From assembly GCA_946186115.1 (NCBI GenBank), contig CAMHLV010000006.1, positions 13,950 through 77,949 on the forward strand: a stretch of DNA of 64,000 nt, in the 5' to 3' direction. Positions 59,337 to 64,000 of the stretch are shown in pieces. The notes under the pieces are model-generated. The model saw nothing but the letters and a program-made list of their open reading frames with translations, searched no databases and was not told the origin of the DNA. Origin of the DNA: an uncultured Prevotella sp. (GTDB lineage: Bacteria > Bacteroidota > Bacteroidia > Bacteroidales > Bacteroidaceae). Both the position numbers and the translations under genes were made by a program. Each line of letters starts with the position of its first letter. Position 1 is the first letter of the stretch.

Positions 59337-61482
59337 ATTTCATGCTGAGTGATATGCGGTTGCGGCGCAAGTCAACGCCTATTACTCTTACTTTTACGTG
59401 CTGATGAAGTCGCACAACCTGAGTAGGGTCGCTGACGTATCTGTTGGCAAGTTGTGAGACATGGACCAGTCCGTCTTGATGCACACCGATATCTACAAAA
59501 GCGCCGAAGTTGGTGATATTGGTGACGATGCCAGGCAGTACCATTCCTTCGTGCAGGTCGGAAATAGTCTGTATGCTGCTGTCGAACTCAAACTCCTCAA
59601 TAGCCTCACGTGGGTCGCGCCCTGGTTTTTCCAACTCACGCATGATGTCGGTGAGTGTGGGCAGTCCTGTTTCTTCATTCACGTATCGGCTGATGTCGAT
59701 GCTTTCGCGTATAGCTTTGTTTTTTATGAGGTCGGCAACAGTACATTGATGGTCCTTTGCCATCAGTTCTACCACAGGGTAGCTCTCTGGATGAACAGCC
59801 GAATTGTCGAGTGGATTCCTTGCTTCAGGAATGCGCAGGAATCCGGCACACTGCTGGTATGCAGCAGGTCCGAGGCGAGGAACCTTCTTCAGTTGCGAGC
59901 GACTTGAGAATGGACCGTTCTCACGCCGGTAGTCAACGATGTTCTTTGCCAGCACAGGGCCTAATCCGCTGACATACGTCAGCAAGTGCTGTGATGCCGT
60001 ATTGATGTTTACGCCAACCATGTTGACACAGCTCTCTACCGTCTGGTCGAGTGTGTGCTTCAGCTTGGTTGGGTCAACGTCGTGCTGGTATTGTCCTACA
60101 CCGATGCTCTTCGGGTCAATCTTTACGAGTTCTGCCAGCGGGTCCATCAGTCTGCGGCCTATTGATACCGCTCCGCGTACGGTAACATCCTCGTCGGGGA
60201 ATTCGTCGCGTGCCACTTTCGATGCAGAATATACCGATGCTCCGTCTTCGCTTACTACGTACACATTAGGATGTGGCGTGTCTGAAGAAGATGCTGACAG
60301 GGTATCGCTGATGAAGTCTTTTGTTTTGCGGCTTGCAGTCCCGTTACCAATGGCTATGGCTTCGATGTGGTAGTCGCTTATCATCTGCTGAATATGCATC
60401 GTTGCCTGCATGCGGTGATTTACAGGAGGGTGGGGGAATATGGCTTCATGGTGAACGAGGTTGCCCTGAGCGTCGAGGCATACCACTTTGCAGCCAGTGC
60501 GGAAACCAGGGTCGATGCCCATCACGCGCTTCTGTCCTAATGGTGCCGACAGCAACAGCTGACGAAGATTCTCAGCAAATACGCGTATTGCTTCCTCGTC
60601 GGCACGCTCCTTGCTCTGTGTCATGAATTCTGTTTCTATCGAGGGCAGAAGTAGTCGCTTGTATCCGTCTTCCACCGCTTCGGCTACGAGTTTCTGACAG
60701 GCACCGTTGCCGTGTACGTAGTTTCTCTGCAGTCGGCCTATGGCATCATCGTCGTCTATGGTAATCTTTAACCTTAGTATTCCCTCGTTCTCACCACGGC
60801 GCATGGCCAGCAACCTGTGGCTGCTACAGCGCCTTAGAGGTTCGCCCCATTCGAAATAGTCGCTGAATTTCTGGGCTTCCTCAGTATCTTTCTGGCTTTT
60901 TACCACTTTCGACTCTATGTATGCTTCGCGTCGGAATATGCTGCGAACAAGGTTGCGGCTCTTCTCGTCCTCGCTCACCTGTTCGGCGATGATGTCCTGT
61001 GCGCCGTGTAGTGCTGTGGTGCTATCGTGAATGTCACCTACACAGAATCTGCGAGCAGCAGCTTCAGGATTGTTCTCCCTCTGCAGTAGCAGTATGGTGG
61101 CCAAGGGTTCCAGTCCCTGTTCGCGTGCTATTTGTGCACGAGTGCGGCGCTTAGGTTTGTAGGGCAGATAGATGTCTTCCAGAGTTGTCTGTTCCCAGCA
61201 GTCGTTTATGCGCTTGGCAAGTTCTGGTGTGAGTTTCCCCTGTTCTGTGATGGTTTTTACTATCGTGTCTTTGCGTTTGGCGATTTCCTGGAGTTGTTGG
61301 CTACGGTCACTGATAGCCGTTATCTGTACCTCATCCAGTCCTCCGGTGCGCTCCTTACGATAGCGTGAGATGAATGGAATGGTGCATCCTTCGTCAAGCA
61401 GTTTCAGCGTATTCTCAACGGCATGCTCAGAGAGATGCAGTTCCGAGGCTATCAGTTGCGTGAATACCTTTATATGTTCCAT
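59335..61482 (-). CDS. tex: Tex/YhgF transcription accessory protein (S1 domain)
   Basis: TIPFISRYRKE, GIDPGFRTGCK, SIGVGQYQHD, FGAFVDIGVHQDGLVH. Confidence 0.95.
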   Translation of the reverse strand: MEHIKVFTQLIASELHLSEHAVENTLKLLDEGCTIPFISRYRKERTGGLDEVQITAISDRSQQLQEIAKRKDTIVKTITEQGKLTPELAKRINDCWEQTTLEDIYLPYKPKRRTRAQIAREQGLEPLATILLLQRENNPEAAARRFCVGDIHDSTTALHGAQDIIAEQVSEDEKSRNLVRSIFRREAYIESKVVKSQKDTEEAQKFSDYFEWGEPLRRCSSHRLLAMRRGENEGILRLKITIDDDDAIGRLQRNYVHGNGACQKLVAEAVEDGYKRLLLPSIETEFMTQSKERADEEAIRVFAENLRQLLLSAPLGQKRVMGIDPGFRTGCKVVCLDAQGNLVHHEAIFPHPPVNHRMQATMHIQQMISDYHIEAIAIGNGTASRKTKDFISDTLSASSSDTPHPNVYVVSEDGASVYSASKVARDEFPDEDVTVRGAVSIGRRLMDPLAELVKIDPKSIGVGQYQHDVDPTKLKHTLDQTVESCVNMVGVNINTASQHLLTYVSGLGPVLAKNIVDYRRENGPFSSRSQLKKVPRLGPAAYQQCAGFLRIPEARNPLDNSAVHPESYPVVELMAKDHQCTVADLIKNKAIRESIDISRYVNEETGLPTLTDIMRELEKPGRDPREAIEEFEFDSSIQTISDLHEGMVLPGIVTNITNFGAFVDIGVHQDGLVHVSQLANRYVSDPTQVVRLHQHVKVRVIGVDLRRNRISLSMK

Positions 61483-61500
61483 TTACATTATTTCAATTTC

Positions 61501-61689
61501 CTAATATTTGCTTTCGTGCTTGATGCTCCAGATATGTACGCCAATGCCCGCCACGACGAGCATAAATCCTATTACGAGCAGAGTGTTGCTGCTGGCGAGT
61601 GATGATATGCGTGTCGTGGCGAGCGTCAGTGTTCCAAGCATGATAAGTATCACGCCTGCATATTCCTTTATATTATTCCAATGATTCAT
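61501..61689 (-). CDS. Small two-TM hypothetical protein
   Basis: 62 aa with two hydrophobic helices, tightly packed between GH97 and tex. Confidence 0.65.
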   Translation of the reverse strand: MNHWNNIKEYAGVILIMLGTLTLATTRISSLASSNTLLVIGFMLVVAGIGVHIWSIKHESKY

Positions 61690-61698
61690 GCTCTGTTC

Positions 61699-63648
61699 TT
61701 ACTGTGTAATCACTACTCCTCCGTTTTGTGGAATGCTGATGGTAAGCTGCTGTTTCTTGTTCTGCTTTACATTCTTCACGGTGCCGTTGAGTTTAGCATC
61801 GTCACTATATATGCTGAGCATCGACTTGGCTTCAAACATCGGTAGAGTGATGGTCTTCTTCAGAGTAGTTTTCTCTGCATTGATACCCACTACGAACCAT
61901 TTGTCGCCAGAGCGGCGTGCAATGATGATATACTTGCCGGGATATCCGTCGATGAAGCGCACTTCATCCCATGTCGTCGGCACCTTCTTCATAAAGTCAA
62001 TGGCCCATGATGGAGCATCGTCGAGGTTGTTGGGAGCCAGGGCGAAGTGCTGTACGCTGCTTTGGAAGAGTACTGCTGCAGCCAGTGCATAGACATCGCT
62101 TGTGCGGCGGATTGTGCCATGCTGATTGTCGGCTCCATAGAATTTGTTGAGTGCAGAGCCTCCGAAGTCCATCGACCCAACGGTGTTACGGATAAAGGGG
62201 TGGATACATCCGTTCCAAGCCTCTGAGTCGCAAGAGCCCTGTCCGAAGTGCAGGTTCTCAGAAGCCAGCACAGCCTCTGAAGCCACGTAGTTGGGATACA
62301 TTCTCTCCCATCCTCGTGGTAGAGTGCATCCGTGGAATATCACTTCTATTCCGAAGTCGTTGGCATCAGTCAGGATGTCCTCATATAGCTGCATCATGGC
62401 TTGCTTGTCGCCTCCGAAGAAATCTACCTTGATGCCGAGAATTCCTATTTTCTGCATCCATGCCATCTCTTTGCGTCTGATTCCAGTCTTGTCCATCTTG
62501 CCGCGTGGTCCCTGGGGTGCATCGTTCCATGCTCCGTTAGAGTTGTACCACAAGAATAGTCCTACCCCTTTCTGCTTAGCATATTGTGCCAGTTCCTCCA
62601 CTTTCGGATATCCTATCTGAGTGTCCCACAAAGCATCAACCAGCACTGTGCGCCATCCCATGGCAGCCGAGAAGTCGATATACTTTTTCTGTTCGTCGAA
62701 GTTACAGCTTGGGTCCATCTTGATAATCCACGACCATGAGCCCTTGCCATAGGTGTATTCTCGCGAAGCCTCATACTTAGGCTTTACCAGGTCCCAAGCC
62801 ACAGTAGTCTCCACCACGTCATCCAGTCCTCCTATTGTGACTGTGCGCCACGGAGTCTCGGCAGGCAGTGCTACGGCAGGCATTACTGAGCCGGCGCCGT
62901 TCATCTCGCCTTGCATTGGGAAGCCAATCCTGTAGAGTCCGTCGTGATCGTTAATCAGTCGGCATCCCACGTAGTTGCCGTCGGTTCCTGTTTCAGAGAT
63001 GAGCATCCATCCCTTGTCGCTGTTTCTGAAGAGGCAGGGGAATGTGTATCCCTCTCCCCATCCGTTTGTTCCTGTGGGCTGGTCGAGAGTATATGGAGTC
63101 TCGTAGCTTGGCATGGTATGTGCAAATCCCACCATTGGTTTCGACTGCGGGCAGAGGAATGTTGTTGTTCCTTCGGGCATTGCGAAACCACTGGCCTCAT
63201 GCTCTACTACTCCTGATAGAGTTTCGCCTTTAGGCAGTATCTTATATCTGAATGCAACATCACGATTGCTTATTCTGAATATTACGTCGATAGCATGGCG
63301 TCCTTCTTTTGAAAACTCGCACACGGCTTCGGTAGCTTCGTATTTTACGTGGCTTTTCTTAATGGTTTTCAGTGAGTATTCATCGTTGATAGTGTTAATA
63401 GTGCATTTTGTAAGATTGAGTCCTTGTGTCAGGTCTTCAAAGTTCATTAGAATTCCCAGGGGAGATTTACCGATGAATTCCACTCCATCGCGGTTTGCGC
63501 TCCACACGGGGCATCCACCTTCATCGCTTACCACCACTTGCAGTCGTCCATTCGGACTTTCGATTGTTTTCTCCGTTGCGTTGGCTGATGTCCAGCCGCA
63601 GAATAGCATGCATAATAAGACTAGTGTCTTCTGAATTAAGTTTTCCAT
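61699..63648 (-). CDS. GH97 glycoside hydrolase (retaining, alpha-galactosidase-like)
   Basis: Signal peptide; SPNG, TPWR, VDALWD, GIKVDFF (Asp nucleophile type), FHGC..P.GWERMYPN, GSMDF, WDE. Confidence 0.88.
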   Translation of the reverse strand: MENLIQKTLVLLCMLFCGWTSANATEKTIESPNGRLQVVVSDEGGCPVWSANRDGVEFIGKSPLGILMNFEDLTQGLNLTKCTINTINDEYSLKTIKKSHVKYEATEAVCEFSKEGRHAIDVIFRISNRDVAFRYKILPKGETLSGVVEHEASGFAMPEGTTTFLCPQSKPMVGFAHTMPSYETPYTLDQPTGTNGWGEGYTFPCLFRNSDKGWMLISETGTDGNYVGCRLINDHDGLYRIGFPMQGEMNGAGSVMPAVALPAETPWRTVTIGGLDDVVETTVAWDLVKPKYEASREYTYGKGSWSWIIKMDPSCNFDEQKKYIDFSAAMGWRTVLVDALWDTQIGYPKVEELAQYAKQKGVGLFLWYNSNGAWNDAPQGPRGKMDKTGIRRKEMAWMQKIGILGIKVDFFGGDKQAMMQLYEDILTDANDFGIEVIFHGCTLPRGWERMYPNYVASEAVLASENLHFGQGSCDSEAWNGCIHPFIRNTVGSMDFGGSALNKFYGADNQHGTIRRTSDVYALAAAVLFQSSVQHFALAPNNLDDAPSWAIDFMKKVPTTWDEVRFIDGYPGKYIIIARRSGDKWFVVGINAEKTTLKKTITLPMFEAKSMLSIYSDDAKLNGTVKNVKQNKKQQLTISIPQNGGVVITQ

Positions 63649-63675
63649 TATTACTGTTAATTAGTTAAAGTGGTG

Positions 63676-63683
63676 CAAAATTA
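63676..63683 (-). promoter_or_regulatory. -7 promoter element (TAATTTTG) for GH97-tex
   Basis: TAnnTTTG+CA 28 nt upstream of the start. Confidence 0.6.
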
Positions 63684-63879
63684 CAAAAAATATTGCAGAT
63701 TCATCATTATCTTGACTTTTTTGTGCTTTTTTTCTCAAAATTGAAAATAAATCACTAACTTTCCAGCCGGAAAATAAAGAACCGTGCGCAATATAGAGCA
63801 CAGACCAGCCATTAAAAGGGAAATAAACAATGAATTATATGAGACACAAAGGCTTTAATTATCATCTTGACGAAAGAAA

Positions 63880-63916
63880 GGAGCAGAATTGTCTCACGAC
63901 AGTCTGCTCCTGTTTT
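63880..63916 (+). terminator. Terminator-like hairpin with no annotated upstream plus-strand gene
   Basis: GGAGCAGAATTGTC-TCAC-GACAGTCTGCTCC followed by TGTTTT. Confidence 0.55.
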
Positions 63917-64000
63917 ACTTATATAATAATACACGTATATGACTACTCTGAGCCATTAAAAAAAGAGTCGTACCTCGAAAAAATAATCTGCTTGCGCACT

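Overview
A Bacteroidota window, most like Prevotellaceae: TAnnTTTG promoters, SusC/SusD pairs, ffh-folD and the ilvD-ilvB-ilvN-thioesterase-ilvC order. From left to right it holds four blocks. (1) A minus-strand cluster of an ABCG-like half transporter, a lipoprotein, an NMT1-type binding protein and a truncated Cache-domain sensor. (2) A minus-strand beta-mannan/beta-glucan PUL (SusC, SusD, two glycan-binding lipoproteins, two GH5, one GH26) whose four internal spacers are built from hexamer repeats. (3) A ~31 kb CAZyme-free block with two further SusC/SusD/lipoprotein units that share a conserved leader element (one SusC is fused to an OmpA-like peptidoglycan-binding domain), five pairs of a DUF6057-like multi-TM/TPR protein plus a TolB-like beta-propeller lipoprotein with an invariant CxNCH motif, and a chorismatase-like Rid protein. 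(4) Housekeeping genes (folD, ffh, ilv operon, Tex, GH97). Block 3 is the best candidate for an undescribed envelope system. I saw no rRNA, tRNA, CRISPR array or transposase. All family assignments come from motif recognition by eye, not database searches.
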